DNA of 64,000 bases. Source: Fibrobacteria bacterium. Its GTDB lineage: Bacteria; Fibrobacterota; Fibrobacteria; UBA11236. Shown here piece after piece: positions 27,266-37,652 of the stretch. The stretch is taken from NCBI GenBank assembly GCA_021155885.1, contig JAJNBB010000001.1:5698-69697 (forward strand). Reading direction: 5' to 3'. The position numbers and the translations under genes are program-made. Position 1 is the stretch's first letter. Each line of letters begins with the position of its first letter. The notes beneath the pieces are model-generated. The model worked only from the letters and a program-made list of their open reading frames with translations. It was not told the origin of the DNA and made no database searches.

Positions 27266-27332
27266 TTGGCAGGAAGCGCAATCGCTAATTCCAGGTGAGT
27301 CGCGGTATTTTTGCGTACCGCCAGCCGCCCGT

Positions 27333-28559
27333 TTATTCCCCCGCCCTCCACGGCGCATACCCTTCGAGGTTCCGGACGCCCCGGGCTTTCATGGCCGCCA
27401 GTAATTCCTTGTTCATCTGGCGCACGGCGTTCCAGCGGTAGGCCAGCACGGTATAGACCTGCACCGCGTCGGCGCCCGCCTCGAGAAGATCCAGCACCTT
27501 TTCCCCGTGGTCGATGCCGCCGCTGGCGAACAAAGTCATGTGCGGAAGTTGCTGGCGGATATAGCGGATCGCGGGGAGGGTGTTCTTGTACAGGATGCGG
27601 CCGGAGATGCCGCCCTTGCTTCCCGCGTGCGTGAGCGGCTCGACGTCGGCCGGAGCCGTGGCCATGCGCAGGTATTTTCCCTTGTCGCCGGGGAAGGTGT
27701 TGAACAGAACCAGCCCCGACACGCCCGCGTCCGAGACCGTTTGCAGCACGGCCTCCAGCGTCTTCACGCCCATGTCGGGCGAGAGCTTCACCAGCACGGC
27801 CTTGCGGGGCACGAGCGACTTCCGCACGTTCATCACGTGGTCGAGAATGCGGCGAAGCAGGTCCACGTCGGTGTCGAGCCGGGTCGTGCCCGTGTTGGGA
27901 CAGCTGAGGTTGAGCTCTACGTAGTCGGCGGCCCCGTAAGCGCGCCGGAAGGAGGCCTCGACTTCGGCGAGAATGCGCGCCTCTTCGGTCACCCCGGGCG
28001 TGTCGGTGACGCTGATGCCGATGGCCATGCGGCGGCGGTGGCAGCGGCCGAGGGCGGCGTCGACCTCGCGGGCGATATGCTCGATCCCGGGGTTGTTGAG
28101 GCCCATCGAGTTCTGCATCGCGCGGTCCGCCGGGAGAAGGCGCACGCGCGGGCGGAAGGGATTGCCGTCCCAGGGCTTGAGGGTCGCCGAACCGACGCTG
28201 ATGCCCCCGAAGCCGAGTTCGGCGAACGCGGCCAGGTGCTCGGCGGTTTTGTTTCCGCCCGCCGCGAGGAAGATCGGGCCGCCCACGGCCAGCGGAAGGC
28301 TGCGGTCGTGGAAGCGCACGGTCTTTTCGAGGGCGGAGGGGATGTGGTAGTGCGGAGGAAAGGCGGCGTACGCGCGCGCATACTGCGCCAGCAGGTGATG
28401 ACGGGTCTCGGCGTTGGGAACGAAGCGCTTGATGGCTTCAAGGAGCCGGTCGCCCGCCGTGATCTTGTAATCGGGCTCGGTGTCGGGAATGACTTCGACG
28501 CCGGCGCCAGCCCCCTCGGGGGGCGGCGGCGAGGAGGAGGCGGCAAGGGGATTGTCCAC
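27333..28559 (-). CDS. pyrD: dihydroorotate dehydrogenase (class 2-like) with N-terminal extension
   Basis: MGLNNPG, LNLSCPNT, VKLSPD, GGISG and ASGGID motifs. GTG start at 28559, so the start is uncertain. Confidence 0.85.
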   Translation of the reverse strand: MDNPLAASSSPPPPEGAGAGVEVIPDTEPDYKITAGDRLLEAIKRFVPNAETRHHLLAQYARAYAAFPPHYHIPSALEKTVRFHDRSLPLAVGGPIFLAAGGNKTAEHLAAFAELGFGGISVGSATLKPWDGNPFRPRVRLLPADRAMQNSMGLNNPGIEHIAREVDAALGRCHRRRMAIGISVTDTPGVTEEARILAEVEASFRRAYGAADYVELNLSCPNTGTTRLDTDVDLLRRILDHVMNVRKSLVPRKAVLVKLSPDMGVKTLEAVLQTVSDAGVSGLVLFNTFPGDKGKYLRMATAPADVEPLTHAGSKGGISGRILYKNTLPAIRYIRQQLPHMTLFASGGIDHGEKVLDLLEAGADAVQVYTVLAYRWNAVRQMNKELLAAMKARGVRNLEGYAPWRAGE

Positions 28560-28638
28560 GAAAGGAAAATAATTTAAAGCCGGCGGGTGCGGCCGCGGGC
28601 CTCAAAAGAAGCCAAAAAGAACGAAAAAAACGACCGGC

Positions 28639-29895
28639 CTAGGCGCTCTTGTAGCCCCGTCGCAGGAGGCGCCGGTGAATGCCGTACATCAGGACCGCCG
28701 TGATGGCCATCGCGCCGATCACCACGTAGCCCAACACGTCGTAACGCTCGAGCCGGCCGTCGGCGCCCTGCACGGCGATCAGGCCGGCGAGTCCCGCCGC
28801 GATGCCGCCCGCGAACTGGTTGATGGAGGCGTTCACCGACATGAACGCGCCGCGATCGCGGCCCTCGGGCACCGCCGAAAGCAGGGCCTGCGAGGGGACG
28901 ATGCGCCCGGTGATGCCCGCGAACAGGAGGACGTTGACGACGATCGCGAGCCACAACGGCGTGATCCCGAGGTGGGTGTAGATCCCCACCATGACCATCA
29001 TGACCAGCGAGGCTCCCAGGAACACCTGGTATTTGCCGATCGAATCACTGAGCTTGCCCGCCAGCGGGCCCATCGCCAGGGCGCAGATGCCGGTGACGAG
29101 ATAAATGGTCGGAAGCTTCGCGAAGGAAATGCCCATGTTGTGCACGGTGAAGGCGCTGCCGAAGGGCATGAGCATGAAGCCCCCGGTGACGAGCAAGGTG
29201 CAGGCCGCGAAGGCCTTGAGGTAATCGGGCTTGGACACCGTGCGGAACAGATGGCGGAACGGGTTCGGCTCGGGGGCCTGCTTGAGATGCTCCCGCACGG
29301 GGCGCAGCCCGGCGAAGATGCCGACGCCCGCGGCGGCGCCCACCCCGGCGATCATCAGGAAGGGCGCGTGCCACCCCCACAAGTTCGAAAGGTACAGTCC
29401 CAGCGGCAGGCCGAGCACCTGGCTGGCGGCGAAGGCGGTCTGCACGAATCCCATCACGCGGCCGCGGCGGGAAAGCGGAAAGAGATCGGCGACGAGCGTC
29501 AGGACGATCGAACCGATGACGCCGCCGAAAAGGCCCGTCACTACGCGCGCGAACAGCAAAAAGGGGTAGTTGGGAGCGATCCCGCACAACAAGGTGCCCA
29601 GGATGAATCCCGTGTAGAAAAACATCAGCAGGCGCTTGCGGTCGAAACGATCGGCGAAGCCCGCCGCGAGCAGGCCCGATACGCCGGCGCTGAAGGCGTA
29701 AGCCGACACCGCCCAACCAAAGTGCGCGGTGGGAATGGACAGGTCGTGCATGAGGATCGGCCCGAGGGGCGCGAGGATCATGAAGTCGAGGATGATGGTG
29801 AACTGCAGGAAGGCCAGCAGGGCGATCACGAAAACCTGGTAACGGGTGAACTTTTCGGGGGCCGCGGTCGCGGCGGCGTGGGCTTGCGAGGTCAT
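28639..29895 (-). CDS. MFS efflux-type transporter
   Basis: 12 hydrophobic segments with motif GFADRFDRKRLL. Lies immediately downstream of a TetR gene. Confidence 0.85.
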   Translation of the reverse strand: MTSQAHAAATAAPEKFTRYQVFVIALLAFLQFTIILDFMILAPLGPILMHDLSIPTAHFGWAVSAYAFSAGVSGLLAAGFADRFDRKRLLMFFYTGFILGTLLCGIAPNYPFLLFARVVTGLFGGVIGSIVLTLVADLFPLSRRGRVMGFVQTAFAASQVLGLPLGLYLSNLWGWHAPFLMIAGVGAAAGVGIFAGLRPVREHLKQAPEPNPFRHLFRTVSKPDYLKAFAACTLLVTGGFMLMPFGSAFTVHNMGISFAKLPTIYLVTGICALAMGPLAGKLSDSIGKYQVFLGASLVMMVMVGIYTHLGITPLWLAIVVNVLLFAGITGRIVPSQALLSAVPEGRDRGAFMSVNASINQFAGGIAAGLAGLIAVQGADGRLERYDVLGYVVIGAMAITAVLMYGIHRRLLRRGYKSA

Positions 29896-29910
29896 GGCGA
29901 CTGTTTTCCT

Positions 29911-30579
29911 TTACTTTCCTTTAGGTTCAGGGGCGGCGGAGGGCTTTTTCGTCCCGATCGCCGGGACGGGGTCCGCGGTCGCGGGCAAAGGCGTGAGGGC
30001 CTTGAGGGCGAGTTCCAGGGTCTGCAGGAGGAGCGCCTCGGTGAGGACGAACTTGCCCGCGCCCGGCAGGCTTTTCCCCTGGGTGTGGAACTTGAGGAGG
30101 TTGTAGAGCGGCGCGAAGGCCGTGGACCAGTAGACCTCGAGGGGCGCGCGCACGAGTTCCCCGCGCCGGATCGCCCCGCGCACGAAGGCCTGCATGGCCT
30201 CGCGAAAGCGCGTGCCGCCGAGCGTCAGCGCGCGCTCATGCAGCGGCGTATGCTTGAACTGCTCCTGGAAAAGCATGGAACGCGGATGCCGCATGTAGTA
30301 GCGGGCGCGGTTCAGCCATTGCACGCGCAGGCCTTCGGCGAAAGGCATCGCGGAATCGAAGCCCCGGAGCATGGCGCTGAGCGCCTTCTCCGATTCCTCC
30401 AGATAGACCTGGAGGAGAAGGTCGTCGCGGTCCTCGAAGTACACGTATAGCGTTCCCGCCGACACCTTCGCCGCGCGCGCGATCTTGTGCATGCTCAGGC
30501 CGTCGAAGCCCTCCCGGACGGCGAGCTCCATGGCCTTGCGGCGTATGAGTTTTTCCTTGCGGGGGTCGCGGGCGCGCAT
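29911..30579 (-). CDS. TetR/AcrR family transcriptional regulator
   Basis: N-terminal HTH AMELAVREGFDGLSMHKIARAAKVSAGTLYVYF. Confidence 0.85.
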   Translation of the reverse strand: MRARDPRKEKLIRRKAMELAVREGFDGLSMHKIARAAKVSAGTLYVYFEDRDDLLLQVYLEESEKALSAMLRGFDSAMPFAEGLRVQWLNRARYYMRHPRSMLFQEQFKHTPLHERALTLGGTRFREAMQAFVRGAIRRGELVRAPLEVYWSTAFAPLYNLLKFHTQGKSLPGAGKFVLTEALLLQTLELALKALTPLPATADPVPAIGTKKPSAAPEPKGK

Positions 30580-30668
30580 CGTGGCCGGAAAATATAAATA
30601 AACGAACGTTCATTTATAAATGGAGCGCCGGAAATGGCCGGCAAAGCCTGCGGCGCCGGGGCCGGGGC

Positions 30669-31544
30669 TCACCCCCCCGAATCAAACCCGGCGCCGCAGT
30701 GGGCGCAGTAGTTCGCATGGATGCTTCCCTCGTGACCGCAAACCTGGCAAACGCGGAAGGTGTCTTCCCGGGCCCCGTCCTGGTCCACCGTGCGCGCCGC
30801 CCGGGTCCATTCCGCGGAAACGATGCCTGTCGGCACGGCGATGATGGCGTAGCCGAGGATCATCGCGACGCTGGCGATCGCCTGTCCCAGCATGGTGCGC
30901 GGTACGAGGTCGCCGTAGCCCACCGTGGTGATGGTGATGATGGCCCAGTAAATTCCCTTGGGAATGCTGGTGAAGCCGGACTCCCTGCCCTCGATCAGGT
31001 ACATCAGCGCGCCCAGGCTGATGACGATCCCCGCGAGGGTGGTCAGGAACACGGTGATCTTGGGCTGGGCGCTCTTGAGGGCCAGGCCCAGCACCCGGGC
31101 CTCATCCATGTAACGCAGCAGCTTGAAGATCCGGAACAAACGGAGAAGCCGGAACATGCGGATCACGCCGAAGGCGTGCAGGCCCGGGAAGAACAGGCTG
31201 AGGTAGGTGGGGAGCACCGCCAGCAGGTCGACCATGCCGAAGAAGCTGCGCGCGTACGCCAGCCGTCTCGGCTGGGCATAGAGGCGCAACGCGTACTCCA
31301 GCGTGAAGAGCCCGGTGAAGATCCATTCCGCGATCTCGAACAGGCCGCCTCCGGCCGCGCGGATGGATTCGACGCTTTCGAGCAGCACGATGCCGACGCT
31401 GAGCAGGATGGCCCAGATCAGCACGACGTCGAACGCCCGCCCGCCCTTGGTTTCGGTTTCGAAAATGATCGTGTAAACGCGGCCGCGAAAGCCCGTGGGG
31501 CGGAGGGGAACGGAGGGGAGGACGGGTTCGGCAGGCATGGACAT
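30669..31544 (-). CDS. voltage-gated-type K+ channel with C-terminal zinc-ribbon
   Basis: Selectivity filter TTVGYGD. S4-like RMFRLLRLFRIFKLLR. C-terminal CQVCGHEGSIHANYCAHCG. Start is ambiguous (TTG 31559, ATG 31544 or ATG 31538). Confidence 0.85.
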   Translation of the reverse strand: MSMPAEPVLPSVPLRPTGFRGRVYTIIFETETKGGRAFDVVLIWAILLSVGIVLLESVESIRAAGGGLFEIAEWIFTGLFTLEYALRLYAQPRRLAYARSFFGMVDLLAVLPTYLSLFFPGLHAFGVIRMFRLLRLFRIFKLLRYMDEARVLGLALKSAQPKITVFLTTLAGIVISLGALMYLIEGRESGFTSIPKGIYWAIITITTVGYGDLVPRTMLGQAIASVAMILGYAIIAVPTGIVSAEWTRAARTVDQDGAREDTFRVCQVCGHEGSIHANYCAHCGAGFDSGG

Positions 31545-31636
31545 CAAGGTACTACACAACAGGAATGGCCCACCGGCGGCCCCGGGAGTTCTATGGGCTC
31601 CCCGGGGCCATTTGCCTGGGTTCGGGCCGCCAAGGC

Positions 31637-33493
31637 TCAGCGGAGGTCGATCAGCCTGCGGAGGCGGAAGCCCTCGCCGGTTACCTCGAGAATCGCGAAT
31701 CGCGCGGGCACGGCGCCGAGCGCCAGGGTATGTTCCCCGGTTCCTGAGGGGCTCAGTTCCGCGAGAAGGGCGCCGTTCACGCCGCGCAGCCTCACGATCG
31801 CCCTGGCCGCCGCCGGCGTCCTCACGTGGAGGTTTCCCTGGCCCACGATCCAGCGCACCTCGCCCGCGGCGGGGCTTTCGGAGAGCGGCGTCCGCAACGC
31901 CACGGGGAGATCAAAGGGAGTTCCCGTTCCCAGGGCGTTCAGCGTGTACCAGGTCTCGGTGTTCCAGGGATTGTCGCCCGTGGAGGATTTGTAATTGTTG
32001 AGCCTTATTTGCACCACGCGCATCTGGGTGGGCGTCGAGGGCACGAGGCTGTCGAGCGCGAGGAACACCTTCCGCCGGTCGGGCGAGAACAGGATGGATT
32101 TCGGAACGAGGGTTTTCGAGCCCAGTTTGCTGCCTCCGCCATAGGTGCTGTTCGGTGTCATGTGGTAGCTCTGAACGGTGTAGCTCGAGGCGAGTTTGGC
32201 GACGGCGGTATCCACGGGTTTTGTGAACTCGATTTCGAAGCCGGTCGGACGGGAGCGCACCGCCAGCATTTCAAAGGCCGGATCCCCGCCCATGAACCGC
32301 AGTTTCACGAGCCCGAAATCGACGCGTGTCGTGGTGGTCTGGCTCTTGGGGAAGCCGTCGTTATCGTTGCGGCCGCCTATCATGCCTACGTAGAGCATGC
32401 TGTCGGGACCGATGGCCATGCGGAACACGCCCGCCTCCAACCCTCCGGTGAACACGAATGCCGCCCCCTGCAGGCCACCTTGGGCGTTCTTCTCGAGGAA
32501 ATAGCGCTGGATGCCGCCCCAGCGCACGTCGCCCATGAGCATCTGGCCCGCGTAGGGCCCGAAGGTCATGTACAGCGGGGCCGTGGGCGAGTTGGCGATG
32601 TCATTATGAACGGCCCACACCGTGGGGGGCGTTTCCGTCAGGTTGTCCCACGGGGCGTAGTAGGCCGCGGCGAGGCCGCCCGATTTTTTGGCGCCGTAAA
32701 ACTTTCCCTCCTGGACGCAGATCAGCTTGTTGCCCGGCAGCCAGTCGCCCTGGTTGTCGGGCACGCAGGGCAGGCCGTCGGGACCGAAACCCAGGCCCGA
32801 GGCCGCGCGGATGCCGTTCGCCACAATCCGGAAGGCGCCGCGCTTGTCGGTGGTCCCGTTGCCGGGCGTCACTTCGAGGAGCGTGCCGCGGTGGGGGTTG
32901 GCCTGCGGGCTGCCCTGGACGCTGCCGATGGGATCCAAGGACGAGGGACTGACATACAGTTTCCCGTTTCGATGGAGCAATCCGTTGAGGTACTCCTGAC
33001 TGCCGTGCCGGGGCTTGAGAGAGTCGCTCGATCCCTCGGCGGGCGTGCCCGGGAGGATGAACACCGTGTCGACGCGGGTGACGGGGCCCGTGTTGCCGGC
33101 GCGGTTCAGGCGGATGATGGTGTTGCCGCCCGAGACGTAGAGGGTGTCGTTCACCACCGCCAGCCCCATGATGTCCTCGAGGCCGCGCGCGATGGTGTCC
33201 ATGGAGACCGCGGGCGTGGGACCGAGCACGCCGGAGAGCACGTATACCTTGCCGCTGAAGGCGCGCACGGTCTCGGTCACATTGTTGCCGCGGCTGCGCA
33301 CCGTGTCCCAGTGCGCCACCGCCAGCCGTCCGTCGGAGAGAAAGCCCATGCCGGAGACCTGCGGCTGAAAGCCCGCGGGCCGCAGCTCGATCTTCGTCCA
33401 GTTGGGGTGCACGGTGGCGGGAACCGTGGCGGGAAAAACCGGCCGCGCGAGGAGCAGGGCCGCGAATATCGATAGTTTCAGCAGGGTGCGCAT
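31637..33493 (-). CDS. secreted beta-propeller protein (sorbosone dehydrogenase/SGL-like) with C-terminal sorting-like domain
   Basis: Signal peptide MRTLLKLSIFAALLLARPVFPA. Propeller-like repeats. C-terminal ~80 aa tail ...IVRLRGVNGALLAEL...FAILEVTGEGFRLRRLIDLR. Confidence 0.7.
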   Translation of the reverse strand: MRTLLKLSIFAALLLARPVFPATVPATVHPNWTKIELRPAGFQPQVSGMGFLSDGRLAVAHWDTVRSRGNNVTETVRAFSGKVYVLSGVLGPTPAVSMDTIARGLEDIMGLAVVNDTLYVSGGNTIIRLNRAGNTGPVTRVDTVFILPGTPAEGSSDSLKPRHGSQEYLNGLLHRNGKLYVSPSSLDPIGSVQGSPQANPHRGTLLEVTPGNGTTDKRGAFRIVANGIRAASGLGFGPDGLPCVPDNQGDWLPGNKLICVQEGKFYGAKKSGGLAAAYYAPWDNLTETPPTVWAVHNDIANSPTAPLYMTFGPYAGQMLMGDVRWGGIQRYFLEKNAQGGLQGAAFVFTGGLEAGVFRMAIGPDSMLYVGMIGGRNDNDGFPKSQTTTTRVDFGLVKLRFMGGDPAFEMLAVRSRPTGFEIEFTKPVDTAVAKLASSYTVQSYHMTPNSTYGGGSKLGSKTLVPKSILFSPDRRKVFLALDSLVPSTPTQMRVVQIRLNNYKSSTGDNPWNTETWYTLNALGTGTPFDLPVALRTPLSESPAAGEVRWIVGQGNLHVRTPAAARAIVRLRGVNGALLAELSPSGTGEHTLALGAVPARFAILEVTGEGFRLRRLIDLR

Positions 33494-33556
33494 AGGCCCT
33501 AAGTTAACACAACAAGAATGGCCGCACAGATCGCAAAGATCACAAAACCCGGAACT

Positions 33557-33585
33557 AAAAAAGGGCCGCGTTTGCGGCCCTTTTT
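33557..33585 (-). terminator. rho-independent terminator of the aconitase gene
   Basis: gggccgc-gttt-gcggccc is flanked by an A-run (33557-33562) and a T-run (33581-33585). On the minus strand the hairpin is followed by TTTTTT. Confidence 0.8.
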
Positions 33586-33615
33586 ATGTGTTCTTTGTGG
33601 CGCCTTATGGTTCCC

Positions 33616-35865
33616 CTAACGCATCAAATTGAGCGCGCCGCCGGCCTTGAACCATTCGATCTGCTCCGCGTTGAACGTATGCGAGACTTCGAAGGAGTCC
33701 TGCGAGCCGTCGGCGTGCGTCAGCGTGACCGTCAGGTTCTTGCCCGGAGCGAAACCCCGCAGCCCGCTGATGTCCACCGTATCGTCCTCGCGCACCTTGT
33801 CGTAATCGGCCGGGTTCGTGAAGTGCAGCGGCAGCAGGCCCTGCTTTTTGAGGTTTGTCTCGTGGATGCGGGCGAAGCTCTTGACGATCACGGCCTTGCC
33901 GCCCAAAAAGCGCGGCGACATGGCGGCATGCTCGCGCGAGGAGCCCTCGCCGTAGTTTTCCTCGCCGAAGACCACCCACCCGATGCCCTTCGATTTGTAG
34001 TCGCGGGCGATGGCCGAGAAAGTCTTGCCGGTCTCCCCGGTGACGACGTTGGCGCCGGTGCCGATGCCGCGGCCCGCGCCCTCGAAGGCGTTGGTCGCGC
34101 CCAGGAAGGCGTTGTCGGAGATCTTGTCGAGATGGCCGCGGAACGACAGCCATTTGCCCGCGGGGGAGATGTGGTCGGTGGTGCACTTGCCCGCGGCCTT
34201 TACCAGCACGCGCGCGCCCGTGACGTCCTTGCCGTCCCACTTCGCGAAGGGGGCGAGGATCTGCAGGCGGGGGCTGTCGGGGCTGACGGCGACCTCCACC
34301 GAGGAGCCGTCCGTGGCGGGCGGCACGAAGCCGCCGTCGTTGAACTGGAATCCCGTCGGCGGCAGGGCCTCGCCGCGCGGTTCGGCAAGCTTGAAGGGCG
34401 TGCCGTCCTCGGCCGTCAGGGTGTCGGTGAGGGGGTTGAAGCGCAGGTCGCCGGCCAGCGCGTAGGCCGTGACCAGCTCGGGCGAGGCGATGAAGGCCAG
34501 CGTGGCGTTGTTGCCGTCGTTGCGCCCGCGGAAGTTGCGGTTGAACGAGGTGATGATGCTGTTCGCCCCCTCGGGCATGTCCTTGCGGTTCCATTGGCCG
34601 ATGCAGGGGCCGCAGGCGTTCGCCATCACGACGGCGCCGAGCGCGTCGAGGGTATCGAGGTAGCCGTCGCGGCGCGCGGTGTCGAACACCTGCTCGGAGC
34701 CGGGGGAGACGTAGAACTTCGACCGGGACTTGAGGCCCTTGGCCAGGGCGCTTCCGGCGATGTGGGCGGAACGGCCCATGTCCTCGTACGACGAGTTGGT
34801 GCAGGAGCCGATCAGGGCGGCGCCGAGCTGCGCGGGATAACCCTCGGCCTCGATCTCCGCCTTGAAGGCCGAGAGCGGGCGCGCCTTGTCGGGGCTGTGG
34901 GGCCCGACGATGTAGGGCTCCAGCGCGTCGAGGTCGATCGTGATCACCTCGTCGTAGTGGGCCTCGGGGTTCGCGGCGACCTCGGCGTCGGCGCGCAGCG
35001 CCGCGGCGTATTGCTCGGCCAGGTCGGCGATGTCGGCGCGGCGCGTGAGGCGCAGGTAGTCGCCCATGGCCTTGTGGTAGGGGAAGATCGAGCAGGTCGC
35101 GCCCAGTTCGGCGCCCATGTTCGTGATCGTCGCCTGCGCCGTGCAGGACAGCGACTCCACGCCGGGGCCGAAGTATTCGATCACCTTGTTCGTGCCGCCC
35201 TTCACGGTAAGGATCTCGAGCAGCTTGAGGATGACGTCCTTGCCCGAGGTCCAGCCGTTCAGCCGGCCGGTGAGGCGCACGCCCAGGACCTTGGGGTAGA
35301 GCACTTCCCAGGGCATGCCGACCATCACGTCCACGGCGTCGCCGCCGCCCACGCCGGAGGCGAACATGCCGAGGCCGCCCGCGTTGGGCGTATGCGAGTC
35401 GGTGCCGATCATCATGCCGCCCGGGAAGGCGTAGTTCTCGAGCACGACCTGGTGGATGATGCCGGAGCCCGGCTTCCAGAAGCCCATGCCGTATTTCCGG
35501 GCCGCCGAGGACAGGAACGCGAACACTTCGTTGTTAACGTGGTTGGCGATCTCCAGGTCGCGGTCGGCGCCGTCCTGGGCGATGATGAGGTGGTCGCAGT
35601 GCACCGTCGTCGGGACCGCCACCTGGGGCTTGCCCGCCTGCATGAACTGCAGGATCGCCATCTGCGCGGTCGCGTCCTGCATCGCCACGCGGTCGGGGCG
35701 CAGGAGCACGAAGGACTTGCCGCGCGTCAGCGGGCCCTGGTTCTTGTCGTCCATGTGCGACCACAGGATTTTTTCGGCGAGGGTCAGCGGACGGCCCAGC
35801 GTCTTGCGGGCATGGGCGTGGGCTTTTTCCAGGGAGGCGTACAGGGCTTTGACGTCGACTTGCAT
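33616..35865 (-). CDS. acn: aconitate hydratase (~750 aa type)
   Basis: Start at the ATG 35865 preceded by gagga. Motifs [40 protein letters not shown] and SREHAA. Confidence 0.95.
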   Translation of the reverse strand: MQVDVKALYASLEKAHAHARKTLGRPLTLAEKILWSHMDDKNQGPLTRGKSFVLLRPDRVAMQDATAQMAILQFMQAGKPQVAVPTTVHCDHLIIAQDGADRDLEIANHVNNEVFAFLSSAARKYGMGFWKPGSGIIHQVVLENYAFPGGMMIGTDSHTPNAGGLGMFASGVGGGDAVDVMVGMPWEVLYPKVLGVRLTGRLNGWTSGKDVILKLLEILTVKGGTNKVIEYFGPGVESLSCTAQATITNMGAELGATCSIFPYHKAMGDYLRLTRRADIADLAEQYAAALRADAEVAANPEAHYDEVITIDLDALEPYIVGPHSPDKARPLSAFKAEIEAEGYPAQLGAALIGSCTNSSYEDMGRSAHIAGSALAKGLKSRSKFYVSPGSEQVFDTARRDGYLDTLDALGAVVMANACGPCIGQWNRKDMPEGANSIITSFNRNFRGRNDGNNATLAFIASPELVTAYALAGDLRFNPLTDTLTAEDGTPFKLAEPRGEALPPTGFQFNDGGFVPPATDGSSVEVAVSPDSPRLQILAPFAKWDGKDVTGARVLVKAAGKCTTDHISPAGKWLSFRGHLDKISDNAFLGATNAFEGAGRGIGTGANVVTGETGKTFSAIARDYKSKGIGWVVFGEENYGEGSSREHAAMSPRFLGGKAVIVKSFARIHETNLKKQGLLPLHFTNPADYDKVREDDTVDISGLRGFAPGKNLTVTLTHADGSQDSFEVSHTFNAEQIEWFKAGGALNLMR

Positions 35866-36063
35866 TCGGGTCCTCGAAAGCCGTCCAAGACCTTTGAATT
35901 CAGGGGTTTGGAGGCGTGGGTGGGAGGCCCAAAGATAGCTTTTCACCGGGATTTCACGGGTCCAGGAAGCATGGGTCGAAGTCCGGAATTTTTACGAGAG
36001 GACGCCCGGGGCCGCTCCGGGGGCGGTCGCCGGCGCCGCTTCCGGGGCCGCTCCGCGAACGGG

Positions 36064-36612
36064 TCAGAAGGAAAGACCGGACTGGATCCCGTATTTAAGC
36101 AAAAGATGGGCTTCCTCGACATCGCCCTGATAACGGCTTCCGCCGAACAAGTTATTGGTCAAGGCGAAGCCCAGGCCGGAGACGGGCTCCACGAACCAGC
36201 TTCCGAACTTCCATTGATAGCCTATCCGGGCGTGCACGCCCAGGGTGCCTATGTTCGTGGCGCTGTTAGCCAGGGTATTGCTCCCGTTCACCCGCTCATA
36301 CACGTTGGCGCTCGCCACCGATAGGGCGCCGCCCAACCAAAGGGAGGACCGGGAAACGTTGTTGAAGTAATACTTGGCTGTCAGGGCCTGCTCCGTCCCA
36401 TAGAACGCGTAACCGTCGATTTCCCGCGCGGCCGTTCCCGTGCGGGCGAAATAAAAGGCCCATCCAAGCTTCCCGTCGAATACGGTCCGTTCCATCTCGA
36501 AGTTTTGCAAGTTCGCGACGAAAAGAGCCATCGGATCCACCGAGAACTTGGTCCGGTTCTCGGGATGGGCCAGGGCGGCGAGGAGGGTGACCAGGGGAAG
36601 AATCTTTTTCAT
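36064..36612 (-). CDS. small outer-membrane beta-barrel protein (hypothetical)
   Basis: Start at the ATG 36612 (MKKILPLVTLLAALA). Alternating beta-strand pattern with a terminal ...GIQSGLSF. Lower GC than its neighbours. Confidence 0.6.
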   Translation of the reverse strand: MKKILPLVTLLAALAHPENRTKFSVDPMALFVANLQNFEMERTVFDGKLGWAFYFARTGTAAREIDGYAFYGTEQALTAKYYFNNVSRSSLWLGGALSVASANVYERVNGSNTLANSATNIGTLGVHARIGYQWKFGSWFVEPVSGLGFALTNNLFGGSRYQGDVEEAHLLLKYGIQSGLSF

Positions 36613-36715
36613 GATATTCCTTTCGGTCCTGAAAGATATGGTTGCGGGGCGAGACGCGCCGCCGAAAAAGCCCGGATGGCGCAGAACCGCCCCCGAAGTG
36701 CTATTTTCCCCCTCC

Positions 36716-37540
36716 ATGAGCGGCTTCTACACTAACGCCTTCAAGGTCGGCATCGGCCTTCTCGCCAACCTGGGCCGGTTCAACGGCTGGGGCTCGCGCT
36801 GGACCTTCCTATACTCGACGGTCCGCCATGCCCTGTACCTGATCCTCAGGCTCCCCCTGGCGCCGAAGGTCCGCGTGCTGCGTTTTTCGGGCCTCGAAAT
36901 CCAGTACAAGGAGTTCACGGGCGAGCTCGGCAACATCAAGACGGTTTTCTTCGACGAGGACGAGGACCTGCCGGTGCCGTTCGACTCGGTGGTGCTGGAC
37001 GTGGGGGCGAATATCGGGCTTTTCACGCTGTACCTGATCCACAAGTACGGCCGCGAGCGCTTCGCGCGCATCGAGCTTTTCGAGCCGAACCCCGACACCT
37101 ACGCGCGGCTCCGCCATAACCTGATCGCCAACGGCCTCGACGACCTGTGCAAAGCGCATCTGCTCGCGCTTTCGGACCGCGCCGGCACGATCTACATGGA
37201 ATCGCCGCGCGGCTACTCGGTATTGAACATGATCTCGGACACGGGAACCGTGCCCGTGGAATGCAAGACGCTCGACGTGTGGGCCCGCGAGAACGGCGTG
37301 GAAACCGTGCACCTGCTCAAGGTCGACGTCGAGGGGCACGAGATGCCGCTGCTGCGCGGAGCTCCCGCGGCCCTTTCCGGCGTGCGCTATCTCTATATCG
37401 AGGTCAAGCAAACGCATCTTCCCGAGTTCAAGGCCCTGGCCGCGGGCGCGGGCTTCGTCGTGGACTCGCAGCACGACCTGCCCACCGGCGACAGCATGCT
37501 GATGCTGGAAAGACGTTCGAATCCGGTCCCGAATCCTTGA
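36716..37540 (+). CDS. FkbM family methyltransferase
   Basis: VLDVGANIGLFTLY, FEPNP and LLKVDVEGHE motifs. Confidence 0.8.
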   Translation: MSGFYTNAFKVGIGLLANLGRFNGWGSRWTFLYSTVRHALYLILRLPLAPKVRVLRFSGLEIQYKEFTGELGNIKTVFFDEDEDLPVPFDSVVLDVGANIGLFTLYLIHKYGRERFARIELFEPNPDTYARLRHNLIANGLDDLCKAHLLALSDRAGTIYMESPRGYSVLNMISDTGTVPVECKTLDVWARENGVETVHLLKVDVEGHEMPLLRGAPAALSGVRYLYIEVKQTHLPEFKALAAGAGFVVDSQHDLPTGDSMLMLERRSNPVPNP

Positions 37541-37624
37541 GTACTCAGTAGTCGGTACTCGGTACTCGGTGAAAACACAACTCGCTTTTCGCTTTCTGAG
37601 TACAGAGTACTGAGTACCGACTAC
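37541..37624. repeat. heptamer inverted-repeat element E8 (GTACTCG family)
   Basis: Left arm gtactca gtagtcg gtactcg gtactcg g (37541-37569) starts right after the TGA at 37538-37540. 26-nt spacer. Right arm ctgagta cagagta ctgagta ccgacta c (37596-37624). About 23/29 complementary. Confidence 0.9.
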
Positions 37625-37652
37625 GTAAAACCTTTAACCCCACCGTACCCCC

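Noticed and set aside
35866-36063. Direct repeat ccggggccgctccg (about 36008 and 36040) in the 198-bp region upstream of the aconitase gene, as a possible regulator-binding site.
   Set aside because: There are only two short GC-rich copies in a GC-rich background. They are indistinguishable from chance without a genome-wide motif test.
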